NCBI GenBank assembly: GCA_016184225.1
Contig: JACPDA010000005.1
Span: 3,590 to 67,589, forward strand
DNA from: Candidatus Daviesbacteria bacterium
Lineage (GTDB): Bacteria > Patescibacteriota > Microgenomatia > Daviesbacterales > UBA10151
Length of the DNA: 64,000 nt
Reading direction: 5' to 3'
Below the pieces are notes generated by a model. The model did not search any database, was not told where the DNA came from, and saw only the letters and a program-made list of their open reading frames with translations. How positions within the stretch are numbered: position 1 is the stretch's first letter; the number at the start of each line of letters is the position of its first letter. A program made the position numbers and the translations under genes. Below are positions 1 to 9,736 of this stretch, one piece after another.

Positions 1-1
1 G

Positions 2-487
2 AAATTTGCTAGAAAATTATTCAATTTTTTGATGCATCTTTTGATAGTTAATAGTATTAAAATATACTTTGATAAGTTTAGCACTTTCATTTTAGAATCA
101 TTTTCTATTTTGAAAAGGCATCCAAAAGATCTAAGCTTGATGCTGGGGTTGACAGTCTTAGGATACGCTGGCGATGCAGCCATTTGGTATTTTACCTTTG
201 CGGCCTTAGGTGTAAGAGAGGACTTTCTGAAAATGTACCTGGGTCAGCTTTTGTCAGCCCTAACCTACCTGATACCTGCGGCACCTGGGTATGTTGGTTC
301 AGCCGAGGCATCAGGACTCTTGATACTGTCCGGCCTCTTCGGGATCCAGGCTGATTTAGCCTCAGCCATGATAGTTTTATTCCATATAGCCTCCGCCCTA
401 TTTGTTTTGGTTTTTGGTTTAATTTCCATTTATAGCTTAAAGATTAAAGTCGGAAGCTTATTAAAGAAGGTTTTAAAGCGAGGCTAA
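2..487 (+). CDS. Lysylphosphatidylglycerol synthase TM-region / flippase-like membrane protein (5' partial)
   Basis: Frame open from window start; multiple TM segments; 'PAAPGYVGSAEA' resembles the UPF0104 PGG-G-E motif. Confidence 0.7.
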   Translation, partial: KFARKLFNFLMHLLIVNSIKIYFDKFSTFILESFSILKRHPKDLSLMLGLTVLGYAGDAAIWYFTFAALGVREDFLKMYLGQLLSALTYLIPAAPGYVGSAEASGLLILSGLFGIQADLASAMIVLFHIASALFVLVFGLISIYSLKIKVGSLLKKVLKRG

Positions 488-1357
488 ATTTATTTTAACT
501 GACGGTCCCATGGTGGGGGAAAGGGTAATTTTTTTGACTCGGGATTTGCCGATGGTTTGGTAAAGGGTTTTAATGTTGGCTATCAGTTCTTCGTTGGGTT
601 GGTTTAGCTTCCCTAGGGCCAGGTGTATCACAGGAGCCTTAGACTCGGTTTTATACTCGGTTTTTCCGGCCTGGAAGCCTTCTACGGCCTTTTTCAGTCC
701 GTCTTCGCCGGATATGATAGTATTGTTTTTCGGGTTAGGCATCAGGCCCCTGGGGCCTAAGATCCTGGCTACTTTGGCCAGTTTCGGCATCCACTCAGGG
801 GTGGTGACTACTAAATCAAAGTTGACCTTGCCCTTGTTAATTTCCTCAATGGCTTCATCAGAGCCAACCGTGTCAGCCCCTGAAGTGTCTGCTCCTTTGC
901 CAAAAGCTAAAATGCGAAGTTTCTTGCCGCTTAAAAAAGGCAGTGAAACTAGGCCCCGGATGCCGGTTTGTGCAGTGTTGACATGGGCTTCTAGGCTGCC
1001 TTCAAACTTGGAATAAGAGAGTTTTTTTAACAAGTCAACAGCTTCGGAAAGGGGATAAACCTTGGTTCTGTCAAGGTCTTTAGTGAGTTCCTGGTATTTT
1101 TTGGATCTGGGCTTGGCTTTGCCGGGCTTTTGGGGTTTTTTCTCTTTGTCATCGCGAGGAGAGTCGGATTTCGACTCGACGTGGCGATCTTTCTCTTCCG
1201 TGGAAGATTGTTTCCCCCGGATCAAGTCCGGGGTCGCAATGACGTCTGGAGTGGATGGTTGAGCCTTTACCTCAGGTTTTTCAGCCTTCTTTTTAGAAGC
1301 TTTCGCTTTAGCTTCTTCTTGTGCATCATCAATAATTTTTATTCTTGGTCTACCCAT
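473..1357 (-). CDS. rplA: 50S ribosomal protein L1 with N-terminal extension
   Basis: 'LGPRGLMPNPK' and 'SPTMGPS' motifs; follows rplK. Confidence 0.97.
   Translation of the reverse strand: MGRPRIKIIDDAQEEAKAKASKKKAEKPEVKAQPSTPDVIATPDLIRGKQSSTEEKDRHVESKSDSPRDDKEKKPQKPGKAKPRSKKYQELTKDLDRTKVYPLSEAVDLLKKLSYSKFEGSLEAHVNTAQTGIRGLVSLPFLSGKKLRILAFGKGADTSGADTVGSDEAIEEINKGKVNFDLVVTTPEWMPKLAKVARILGPRGLMPNPKNNTIISGEDGLKKAVEGFQAGKTEYKTESKAPVIHLALGKLNQPNEELIANIKTLYQTIGKSRVKKITLSPTMGPSVKINLASL
1148..1243. repeat. 96-bp palindromic GTCATYGCGA...TCGCAATGAC element, in frame within rplA
   Basis: Inverted termini gtcatcgcga / tcgcaatgac and internal hairpins; related to 29443-29555. Confidence 0.8.
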
Positions 1358-1364
1358 AGTTTTA

Positions 1365-1388
1365 TAGTGACTAGATTCTAGCGACTAG
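1365..1388. repeat. Short heptamer array (CTAG-core family B) between rplK stop and rplA start
   Basis: tagtgactagattctagcgactag; same units as at 36072, 39515 and 53687. Confidence 0.7.
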
Positions 1389-1810
1389 CCACTAATTTTC
1401 ACTCCCATACTCTTAGCTGTGCCTTCTACAATCTTCATTGCGGCCTCTATATTTTTAGTATTTAAATCAGGCAGTTTTGCTTCGGCAATCTGTCTAACCT
1501 GTGCAGAGGTTAAAGTTCCCACCGGCTGTTTCATAGCAGTTCCGGAGCCTTTTTCCAGGCTCAAAGCCTTTTTAATCATTTCTGCCACAGGCGGCTCTTT
1601 GGTGATAAAGGCAAAAGTCCGGTCTTCATAAACCGTGATCACCACCGGCAAAATATTACCCTTTTTCTCTTGAGTTCTATCGTTAAAAGCTTTGACAAAC
1701 TCCATGATAGGGAGCCCATGCTGGCCCAAGGCCGGGCCCACCGGAGGAGCCGGTGTGGCCTCACCGGCCGGGATATTTAGTTTAATTAGTGTTTTAACTT
1801 TTTTAGCCAT
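1385..1810 (-). CDS. rplK: 50S ribosomal protein L11
   Basis: '[15 protein letters not shown]' motif. Confidence 0.98.
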   Translation of the reverse strand: MAKKVKTLIKLNIPAGEATPAPPVGPALGQHGLPIMEFVKAFNDRTQEKKGNILPVVITVYEDRTFAFITKEPPVAEMIKKALSLEKGSGTAMKQPVGTLTSAQVRQIAEAKLPDLNTKNIEAAMKIVEGTAKSMGVKISG

Positions 1811-1816
1811 ATTCTT

Positions 1817-2575
1817 CTATATTTTCTGCACTTGCAGAAAATCCAACTCAACCGGGGTTTCCCTGCCAAAGATGGAAACCAGGACCCGGACTTTGCCTTT
1901 TTCGCCGTCAACCGAGTCAATCTTACCTATAAAATCAGCAAACGGCCCGTCCACAATCTTGACCGCATCGGAAACAGCGAAAACTTGTTTGTACATCGGT
2001 GCTTCTGTTTGGGTAAACTTGACAATTGTCTGTACTTCTGCCTCGGAAATAGGAGTTGGTTTGTTACCAATACCCACAAAGCCAGTTACCCCCTGAGTAG
2101 TTCTGACAGCCAGCCAGGAAATATCATCCAGGACCATTCTTACCAAAATATAGCCGGGAAAGATTTTTTCTTTAACATTAACTTTCTTGCCGCCCTTGAT
2201 CTCAATTTTATCCTGGGTGGGAACCAAAACTTCCAGGATTTTCTCTTCCAAATGCTCGGATTCAACCCGCTGCTTTAGGGTATGGGCTACTTTGTTTTCA
2301 TGGCCGGAATAGGTATGGACCACATACCATTTAGCATTGGGGTTTTGTTTTTTGTTGTCATCCTGAATTTCCTTTTTGTCATCCTGAACGATTAGTGAAG
2401 GATCTTCCGCGGATGCGGGTTGTTTTTCAGAAGACTCGGAAGGACTCGGAATACCGGATTGATCGGAATTGTCAGATGAAACCAGAGCGTCAGAAGTCTG
2501 ATTCTTTGACTTTTCTGAATCTCCGACATTCCGGCTCTCTGGGTTATTCTGATCCTTCTGATGATTATCGTCCAT
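1817..2575 (-). CDS. nusG: Transcription termination/antitermination factor NusG with repeat-derived N-terminal extension
   Basis: 'KWYVVHTYSGHE', 'FPGYILV', KOW 'GPFADF', 'IFGRETPVEL'. Confidence 0.97.
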   Translation of the reverse strand: MDDNHQKDQNNPESRNVGDSEKSKNQTSDALVSSDNSDQSGIPSPSESSEKQPASAEDPSLIVQDDKKEIQDDNKKQNPNAKWYVVHTYSGHENKVAHTLKQRVESEHLEEKILEVLVPTQDKIEIKGGKKVNVKEKIFPGYILVRMVLDDISWLAVRTTQGVTGFVGIGNKPTPISEAEVQTIVKFTQTEAPMYKQVFAVSDAVKIVDGPFADFIGKIDSVDGEKGKVRVLVSIFGRETPVELDFLQVQKI

Positions 2576-2576
2576 A

Positions 2577-2762
2577 TTATCTGTTTACAAAAAAAGCTGT
2601 AATGGCAGTTAAGATATAATCTAATCCTCCTAAGAACAACCCTACTACTACAGCCACCAGTACTACCAAAATGGTGTAGCGGATGGTTTGCTCCCGGCTG
2701 GGCCAGGCAACTTTTAGTAACTCTTCTTTAACCTCATTAAGAAAACTGAATATGTTGGGCAT
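2577..2762 (-). CDS. secE: Preprotein translocase subunit SecE
   Basis: 'ELLKVAWPSR' followed by a TM helix; upstream of nusG. Confidence 0.95.
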   Translation of the reverse strand: MPNIFSFLNEVKEELLKVAWPSREQTIRYTILVVLVAVVVGLFLGGLDYILTAITAFFVNR

Positions 2763-2771
2763 TTAGGTATT

Positions 2772-2799
2772 AAAAAGCCTCCTACTTTGGAGGCGTTTT
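2772..2799. terminator. Hairpin with A/T tails (possible bidirectional terminator or regulatory stem)
   Basis: aaaaagcctcc-tacttt-ggaggcgtttt. Confidence 0.45.
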
Positions 2800-2835
2800 G
2801 TCAAGTATAACAGAGGAAGTAGTATAATTGCAACA

Positions 2836-3228
2836 ATGAAAAAGCATCTGGCTATTTTTAAGGGAGAAACAGGGGAGGCAATTCTGGCCGGCAAAAAAAC
2901 AATTGAAATCCGCCTTTCCCGGGTCAAAAACCCGCCATTCGGGGTTATTTCTGTCGGAGATTTAATTTATATAAAGCCTTCCGGCAAAGATATAATTGGC
3001 CAATTTAGAGTAAAAAAAGTGATCTTTTATGATGGATTAACGGAGGATGATCTGAATGGTATTAAAAAAACATTTGGGTATGCGATCGCACAAGCAAATG
3101 ATTATTGGCAGAGAAACAAAGGCTCAAGGTATGGCACCCTGATTTTTATCGGAGATTCCTCCAGATTCATTACCTCTCCCATCAAATTTCCCAAAAAAGA
3201 CCTCAGAGGTTGGGTGGTGCTGGAATAA
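2836..3228 (+). CDS. ASCH/PUA-like domain protein
   Basis: 'ILAGKKTIEIR' matches the ASCH GxKxxExR motif. Confidence 0.75.
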   Translation: MKKHLAIFKGETGEAILAGKKTIEIRLSRVKNPPFGVISVGDLIYIKPSGKDIIGQFRVKKVIFYDGLTEDDLNGIKKTFGYAIAQANDYWQRNKGSRYGTLIFIGDSSRFITSPIKFPKKDLRGWVVLE

Positions 3229-5542
3229 CCTGGTTAGCCTGCTCGCCTTGCGGCGAAGCGGGTTGGGCAGCCGGGGTGGCATAATTTGAAAAGGGATCAG
3301 AAAAGATGAATCTGTCTTTAGTTTTTTGAATCCTGACCATGGACTTAGGGATCACTCCGGCAATCATTAGATCTTTTTTCCCATCAACCCTCGTCTCAAT
3401 TATTCCAGGAGGCCTTTCAAAAGCCACAGACCCTTTGCCATCCAGCAGTGTGTGCATGATTTTATTCCAGATTGGTGCCGCTCCTGTGACCCCGGAAGTC
3501 ATCGCCGGATTCATGGGTGAGCTGTCCGGGTTACCTACCCAAACTCCCACTACAAATTTAGGAGTGTATCCAAAAGTCCAATTATCCCTTTTGCTGTCAG
3601 AAGTGCCGGTTTTAACCGCTACTTCGTACCCGGGGATATTAAGGAGGGAATTAGGACCAAAGGCCGGTATGCGGGCTTTGTTATCCTTTAGGATATCCGT
3701 TATTAAATAAGCAATTCCCGCCTCCAGAATCTGCTGCCCGGAGTCTTGATATTCTTCCAAAACATTTCCACTCGAATCAGTCACTTTTAAAAATGGAGTT
3801 GGATACTTTTTAATCCCCAGATTTGCCAGACTGCCGTATACGGAAATCATATCAATCATTTTAATTTCCCCTCCGCCCAGAGTTAGGGACAAACCAAATC
3901 TTTCTGGTTCATTGAAAGTAGTGATACCTAGATCCTTGGCCGCCTTTAGCATTTCATCTAGACCGATTGTGGCCAGCATTTTTACAGCCGGTACATTATA
4001 GGATGAACCCAAAGCTGTCCGGATGGAAACAGGACCATGGAAAGTTCCGTCATAGTTGACCGGGGAATAACTTCTGACCCCATCTTTGAACGTGACGGGG
4101 ATATCTAAAATAGTGTTTCCCGGGCTAAAGCCCGCTTTAAAAGCTGCCGCATATGTGATGACTTTGATGGATGAGCCTGGCTGGCGCAGCGAAGTCGTGA
4201 CATTAAAATTGCCAAACCTTAGTTCATGATAATCTTTACTTCCCACCATAGCCAGGATTTGACCATTTGTATCTGCCACCAAAGCTGCACCGTTTTGCAC
4301 ATTCAAGGGAGCGAGTTTGTCTACCTCTTCCTTGACAATTTTCTCCACAGTTTCTTGAAGCTTAAGGTCTAAGGTGGTATAAACTTTTAAGCCTCCTTGG
4401 AAAACAACCCTGGGACCATATTTTTCTGTTAATAAATCCCGTGCGTACATGACAAAATGCGGTGCAAAGATATTATTGACTGGCGGTTTAATGTCTAGAT
4501 TTTGGGCAAAAGCCTCCTCTGCTTGTTGTTTAGTAACGTATTTATCTTTAACCATCCTGTCTAAAACTTCTCTTTGCCGCAGTTTAGCCAGATCCGGCCG
4601 GGAGCCGTAAGGAGAAAACTGGGTGGGGGAGGCAGGCAGGCCAGCCAGATACGCACTTTCCGCTAAATTAAGCTCCGGCGGGGATTTACCAAAATAGGTT
4701 TGTGAGGCGGCAGCGATACCCATATTAGATCCTCCATAAGGCGCTTCATTAAAATACATTTGCAGGATTTCCTCTTTTGAATAAATCCTCTCAGCCCATA
4801 AAGCCAGGATAATTTCTTTAAATTTGCGGATGTAGCTTTTTTCCGGAGTTAGCAGTGAGTTTTTAATCAGTTGTTGGGTGATAGTAGAAGCTCCTTCCTG
4901 AGTGTTATTTCTGAAGTTATGCTCAAGCGCGCGCGCAATTGCCACCGGATCAATGCCGATGTGGCGGTAGAAATTTTGATCCTCGGTAGCAATAGTGGCC
5001 TCGATCAAACTTTTAGGGACTTCTGACAGTTTAACCAGACTGCGATTGTTGCCCGCATAAAGTCTATAAAGCAGCTCACCATTTCTATCGTAAAATTCGG
5101 TAGTAACAGGCTGATTAGGGGAGATTAGTCTGGTAGGTGAAGGGAGCTGATAAGCGGCTGTTAGCAAGAAGACAGTGTAAGAGAAAACAAAGACCAAAAA
5201 TATGCCTGCGCCAAGTGCGATTTTGTACTTTCCGGAGAGCTGGAATTTTTTAGGCCGGCCTCTTTTGCGGCTAATCGCTCCAGTCGGCAACCCCACTCTC
5301 TTGCTCGCTAATGCAAGCATCCTGCGGTCCGATATGGATCGGACCTCGGATACGGTCCGCCTAGCGGCGGACTCTAGAGCTCGTTGCGCTCGGAGGTAGC
5401 CTCCTTTCGCAAAATAGGCCAGCAATTTCATTACCCATAAGGGTATATTGCCGAGCTTAATCAGGACAATTTTGACCAAAAGAAGGGTAATATTGAGAGG
5501 AGATGAGTTAAAATTGGTTTTTTTCGGTCGTCCTTTGGGCAT
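3203..5542 (-). CDS. Bifunctional penicillin-binding protein 1A family (transglycosylase + transpeptidase)
   Basis: 'EDQNFYRHIG', 'GASTITQQL', SxxK 'GSSIK', 'SYN', 'KTGT'. Confidence 0.93.
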   Translation of the reverse strand: MPKGRPKKTNFNSSPLNITLLLVKIVLIKLGNIPLWVMKLLAYFAKGGYLRAQRALESAARRTVSEVRSISDRRMLALASKRVGLPTGAISRKRGRPKKFQLSGKYKIALGAGIFLVFVFSYTVFLLTAAYQLPSPTRLISPNQPVTTEFYDRNGELLYRLYAGNNRSLVKLSEVPKSLIEATIATEDQNFYRHIGIDPVAIARALEHNFRNNTQEGASTITQQLIKNSLLTPEKSYIRKFKEIILALWAERIYSKEEILQMYFNEAPYGGSNMGIAAASQTYFGKSPPELNLAESAYLAGLPASPTQFSPYGSRPDLAKLRQREVLDRMVKDKYVTKQQAEEAFAQNLDIKPPVNNIFAPHFVMYARDLLTEKYGPRVVFQGGLKVYTTLDLKLQETVEKIVKEEVDKLAPLNVQNGAALVADTNGQILAMVGSKDYHELRFGNFNVTTSLRQPGSSIKVITYAAAFKAGFSPGNTILDIPVTFKDGVRSYSPVNYDGTFHGPVSIRTALGSSYNVPAVKMLATIGLDEMLKAAKDLGITTFNEPERFGLSLTLGGGEIKMIDMISVYGSLANLGIKKYPTPFLKVTDSSGNVLEEYQDSGQQILEAGIAYLITDILKDNKARIPAFGPNSLLNIPGYEVAVKTGTSDSKRDNWTFGYTPKFVVGVWVGNPDSSPMNPAMTSGVTGAAPIWNKIMHTLLDGKGSVAFERPPGIIETRVDGKKDLMIAGVIPKSMVRIQKTKDRFIFSDPFSNYATPAAQPASPQGEQANQVIPAPPNL

Positions 5543-5659
5543 AACAGTGTGCGCTTGGGACAGAAAATATATTTAGCCGCATTCTAAAAGATTTATCTCT
5601 GGCCCACAAGAGGGAAGATTGGACTTGACAAATCAGGTCCCATAGTGTAAAGTAGAATT

Positions 5660-6037
5660 ATGGAAAGATTTAAGGATAGAAGACCAAGAGTAGGAGAAAG
5701 TAAAAAAAGACCAGTTGCTCGTTTTGTGGTAGTAGGTTTGGCTGTCCTAGGGGGCACTTTTGGAGTAGAAGCAGCAACAGGAGTAGTAAGCCAAACTGCT
5801 GGTAAGGTGGCGGTAGCAGGAAAAGATTTGCTCAAAAATGGAGTACAAGCTGTGATAGAATGGGACGATCGTGGTTTTAATGCCAGTTCTGCCGGTATTC
5901 CAGCACAAGAGCTGGGAGGAGCGATGAAGAAGAGGGACGAAGCAGACCGCCGAGCTCAAGAACAAACAGAACAGGATCGGATTGAAAGCGAAGCTCTCAG
6001 ACAGGCATTAAACCCAGGTCCAAAACAATTCCCTTAA
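5660..6037 (+). CDS. Hypothetical membrane-anchored protein
   Basis: ORF with one hydrophobic segment; TTGACA...TAGAAT promoter directly upstream. Confidence 0.55.
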   Translation: MERFKDRRPRVGESKKRPVARFVVVGLAVLGGTFGVEAATGVVSQTAGKVAVAGKDLLKNGVQAVIEWDDRGFNASSAGIPAQELGGAMKKRDEADRRAQEQTEQDRIESEALRQALNPGPKQFP

Positions 6038-6103
6038 CACCTTCGAAACAATACTCACAGAATTTGAGTTGACTGTAAGTCACAAAAGTATTATTATCCC
6101 GTA

Positions 6104-6940
6104 ATGAAAAAAAGAGGTGCAGAAAGAGGCGCTTTTTCAGGACCGCTAGTTGAGGTTATCGCAGGTCTTTCAAAGGCTGCAGACGCAGTAGATCCTAAAT
6201 ATCAAGACGAACTAGCAAGAGATGGTAGTTTATTTATTGACCGTCTGATAGAAGAGATGAAAAGTGTACGAAACAATCCATTAAAGAAGCCTTACCAAAT
6301 TTGGCTAGATAGCTCCCGAGACGGATTAGATGGTAACAGCGATGGTAAATATAGTAAATGGGGAAGGTTTGTAAAAATGTATAAAGCCACATCTGTTCAT
6401 TGTAGAGAATTGTTTAGTTCTGGTGTGGCTATTTTGGATTTACCATCCCTTCCGCCTTATCAATCTGTTAAATGTGAGCCTGTAACTGATGAGGAAAGAC
6501 TGCAAAGCAGTATTGCCTTACAGACAAATTTTGCCAGGGAGTTAGGTGTTTTAGGAGAGGATGAAGCATGGGGGGATTTCATAAGGCGTTCAGATATTAG
6601 GTGTGTCAATATGAATGACAATGAAATAGTGGTTGAGGCATTGAGAAAAGATCCAGCATGTTTGGTCCGTATGAGCCATCATGATATAGGTATGATCGAA
6701 TTTCCTGCGGTGCTTTCCAAAAAGCATCCCGGTGTTGCAGTTCACATGAGGTTGTACCCGCTAAAAGGAGATCAACCCATTTCTACTGAGCAGGCAATAG
6801 CAGAAAGAAGAGCTTTAATTTTGATGTCTATGTTTATTTCGACAGGTCTTTTTTCAGGTGATTCTTCTAGCCGCTTGCAAACGCCAGCAGGTAAAGACCA
6901 ATTCCTAGAAGACCTATGCCGGCTAGTTTCGATAGCATAA
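6104..6940 (+). CDS. Hypothetical protein
   Basis: 278-aa ORF, no recognised motif. Confidence 0.6.
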   Translation: MKKRGAERGAFSGPLVEVIAGLSKAADAVDPKYQDELARDGSLFIDRLIEEMKSVRNNPLKKPYQIWLDSSRDGLDGNSDGKYSKWGRFVKMYKATSVHCRELFSSGVAILDLPSLPPYQSVKCEPVTDEERLQSSIALQTNFARELGVLGEDEAWGDFIRRSDIRCVNMNDNEIVVEALRKDPACLVRMSHHDIGMIEFPAVLSKKHPGVAVHMRLYPLKGDQPISTEQAIAERRALILMSMFISTGLFSGDSSSRLQTPAGKDQFLEDLCRLVSIA

Positions 6941-7766
6941 CCACTGGAGTATATTTTTCCTCAAAAATTTGGGGATATTTTTTGCTCAAGAATATGGCAA
7001 AAAGCAGTAAGAAGACATATTGAACGCCTTGCAATGAATTTACCAAAGCCGGATTAGCTAAAGAAATGGAAAAAAGCAGCAAGAATTCTGATGAAGCCCC
7101 GCTTATTTGCCCTCCTAAAAACACTAAGCCTGCCTTAGAAAAAAAGTTAATTCTTAAGCCATTAGAAGTGAATATCTTCTTTCTGAGTGCCGGAATAACC
7201 AGCATAAAAATACAAAGAGGCAATAAAATTAACCTTGACCAAACAATCACTGAGAAGAAATCCGAGTTAAGATAAGCCTCCCTTAAAACAATATAAGAGA
7301 TGGCAAAAAAACCGCCGGAGAGGACTTCAAACATGATTTCTCTGATGCTCAATTTCCCTGCCCAGTCCGTAATGGTGATAAATACTATTCCGGCTATTAG
7401 CAGCCAAACCGCCCAGGTTTGGGTAGTGCTAATGGCATGGGTTTCTGTGGCAAAAACCAACAGGATCAGGGGGATTAAAGTGCCGATGATAGGGATAACC
7501 CTTGAAACATTCCCCAATTTTAAGGCTTTAAACATGAAGTAGGCTCCTAAAGTCCAAAGAACAGTAGAGACGGATGCCAGATAAAAGGTGGAAAGAGTTG
7601 GGGTATTGGTAAAGGGTAGGACTAAAATTGCCAATAAGGAAACAATACTGATGTAAAAAACATAAACCAGGGGATCTGGAATAGTTTTTTGCAGCAAAAA
7701 TTTATTGGCCAAAACTGCTATGGCATTAAAAAGATAGGCAGTAATGGTAAAGGGTAGGTGGTTCAT
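6867..7766 (-). CDS. EamA/DMT-family transporter
   Basis: About 10 TM helices in two repeats. Confidence 0.75.
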   Translation of the reverse strand: MNHLPFTITAYLFNAIAVLANKFLLQKTIPDPLVYVFYISIVSLLAILVLPFTNTPTLSTFYLASVSTVLWTLGAYFMFKALKLGNVSRVIPIIGTLIPLILLVFATETHAISTTQTWAVWLLIAGIVFITITDWAGKLSIREIMFEVLSGGFFAISYIVLREAYLNSDFFSVIVWSRLILLPLCIFMLVIPALRKKIFTSNGLRINFFSKAGLVFLGGQISGASSEFLLLFSISLANPALVNSLQGVQYVFLLLFAIFLSKKYPQIFEEKYTPVVMLSKLAGIGLLGIGLYLLAFASG

Positions 7767-7771
7767 GATAA

Positions 7772-7803
7772 TAGTCGTCAGCTGTCAGCTTTCAGTCGTC
7801 AGA
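7772..7803. repeat. Solo heptamer arm, TCAG-core family A
   Basis: tagtcg-tcagctg-tcagctt-tcagtcg-tcaga; overlaps the GH1 stop and precedes the EamA start. Confidence 0.85.
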
Positions 7804-9156
7804 TTTATTTTTAGTCTGAGAGCTATTTATTTCTTTTTCTATCTCCTTTTGCCGTTTTTCCAGGACTTCTTCTGCCTGGACCGTATGGCCGATAAACCGC
7901 AGCAGGGAATGGGGAATGCCGTTGTGCTGGATAATATCGGTATATACTAGTGCAGAAGGCCTGATATGCCTGGCTTGGGTTTTAAGATCTACCTCCACCA
8001 GGCCAAACTTGGGCTCAAAACCTAAATGCCACTCAAAGTTATCCAGCAGCGACCAGTAAAAAAATCCCCTGACATTAACTCCACTCTTGATGGCTCTGGC
8101 TACCTCCTGCAAATAAGAAATTAAGAATCGGTTCCTTCTGTCATCATTGGTTGAGGCAATGCCGCATTCCGTAATGTAAATAGGGATATCATCGGCCAGA
8201 TCAGTCAATACTTCAAAAATCCCTTCCGGGTAAACTTCCCATCCCAGGTCGGAAGCATCGTGAGTTTGTCCTACCATATTCTGTTTTTGGGCTGTCAAAT
8301 TTTTGTCCCTGAATCGAATATGAAAATAGTAATTGATCCCCAGAAAATCGTGTGTGCCGCGGGTAAACATATAGAATAAGTGGTTAGCGAAAAGATCATT
8401 CAAAGAAACTGCAATTTGTTCTTTAAAAGAATGCTTGTGGTAGGATTCAAAAGAGAGAATGTTATTGGCAATGCCGACAGGTTTGCCTGCAGGAAAAAGA
8501 GAATGCAAGTATTTGTAAGCCCTTTTATGGGCAGATGTAAGATTAAGAAAGGTTTTTATTTGTCCCAGCCAGCTTTTTTTTGAGTGGGGCCAAACCCTGT
8601 CAATATATGTTTCATAAATATACACTCCCGGCTCATTAAGTGTAACCCATAAATCAACGTAAGTAGCAATTTCCGGGACCACCCTCCTCGCAAACCTTTC
8701 AAAATACCCAACTGTTGCCCCATTTTCCCAGCCGCCTTTATCTGCTACCCACTTCGGCAGGGTAAAGTGCCAGAGGGTGAGCATGACGGTAAACTTAAGT
8801 GACTTAAGGTATTTGAGTAACTTAACGTAATGTTCGATTTCGCGCTCATCAAACTCTCCCTCCCGGGGTTCAATCCTGGACCATTCAATAGAAAGCCGGT
8901 GGGCATTATGGTTTAGACTTTTAATAAGGTCAAAGTCTTGTTCAAAAAGGTTATATTGGTTGCAAGCTGCCCCGGAGCGAAGGTGCGGTGGTTGTTGAGT
9001 TTGCTCCCAAGCCCACCAGTCATTGTTTACATTATTGCCCTCTACCTGATGGGCACTGGTAGCGGCCCCCCAGAGGAAACCATCGGGAAATTTTAAAGTT
9101 TCATGATCATGGCGTTCCTGAGGGTGTTTTTGTGGCGCTGTTCCTTTTTGAGGCAT
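7792..9156 (-). CDS. Glycoside hydrolase family 1 (beta-glucosidase-like)
   Basis: 'FLWGAATSAHQVEG', 'TLNEP', 'ITECG', 'WSLLDNFEW'. Confidence 0.93.
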   Translation of the reverse strand: MPQKGTAPQKHPQERHDHETLKFPDGFLWGAATSAHQVEGNNVNNDWWAWEQTQQPPHLRSGAACNQYNLFEQDFDLIKSLNHNAHRLSIEWSRIEPREGEFDEREIEHYVKLLKYLKSLKFTVMLTLWHFTLPKWVADKGGWENGATVGYFERFARRVVPEIATYVDLWVTLNEPGVYIYETYIDRVWPHSKKSWLGQIKTFLNLTSAHKRAYKYLHSLFPAGKPVGIANNILSFESYHKHSFKEQIAVSLNDLFANHLFYMFTRGTHDFLGINYYFHIRFRDKNLTAQKQNMVGQTHDASDLGWEVYPEGIFEVLTDLADDIPIYITECGIASTNDDRRNRFLISYLQEVARAIKSGVNVRGFFYWSLLDNFEWHLGFEPKFGLVEVDLKTQARHIRPSALVYTDIIQHNGIPHSLLRFIGHTVQAEEVLEKRQKEIEKEINSSQTKNKSDD

Positions 9157-9199
9157 AGTTTCATATTAGGATAGAGTATACACATTTGTAAAGCATTGT

Positions 9200-9235
9200 T
9201 GACAAGATATACAACGATCGTGGTATATTTTGTAT
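9200..9235 (+). repeat. 36-bp direct repeat (upstream copy) overlapping the promoter of PaaX-like gene 1
   Basis: 29/36 identical to 9734-9769; palindromic core caacgatcgt; overlaps TTGACA at 9199. Confidence 0.75.
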
Positions 9236-9736
9236 ATGGGGAAAAAAGAAAGTATTGGGAAATTAGTCCTTCTAGCTTTGGAAAAAGCGATTGATGGTTA
9301 TGTGAGACTTGAGGATTTTGCTTATCACCATTATCGTTACCATTATGGAATCCCTGAGCTTAAAAAAGCTTCCCTTGCTCAAGCTTTGAAGAGACTGCGT
9401 GAGAAAGGGTTTATTGAGAAAGTTGCGGAAAAAGATGAGGGCAAAATTATTTTAAGATTAACAGAAGCCGGCCGGGAATTTCTTTTGTTTTCAAAGCCTG
9501 AAGATGAAATTAAATGGGACAGAAAGTGGAGAATTGTAGTTTTTGATATTCCTGAGAGCAAAAGACAAGTGCGTGATGTCTTGCGGAGAAGATTAAAACT
9601 GTGGGATTTTAAACCCTGGCAAAAGAGTGTCTGGGCCTCCAAGAAAAATGTTACAGATAAACTCCGCAGCCTAATAAAAGAATTGGATATTGCCGATTGG
9701 GTATTGGTAATTGAATCTGATAATGTGGGTCGATGA
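9236..9736 (+). CDS. PaaX-like protein (wHTH + Cas2/VapD-like C-terminal domain)
   Basis: 'RLREKGFI...LTEAG' wHTH; 'WDRKWRIVVFDIPE', 'WQKSVW'. Confidence 0.85.
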   Translation: MGKKESIGKLVLLALEKAIDGYVRLEDFAYHHYRYHYGIPELKKASLAQALKRLREKGFIEKVAEKDEGKIILRLTEAGREFLLFSKPEDEIKWDRKWRIVVFDIPESKRQVRDVLRRRLKLWDFKPWQKSVWASKKNVTDKLRSLIKELDIADWVLVIESDNVGR

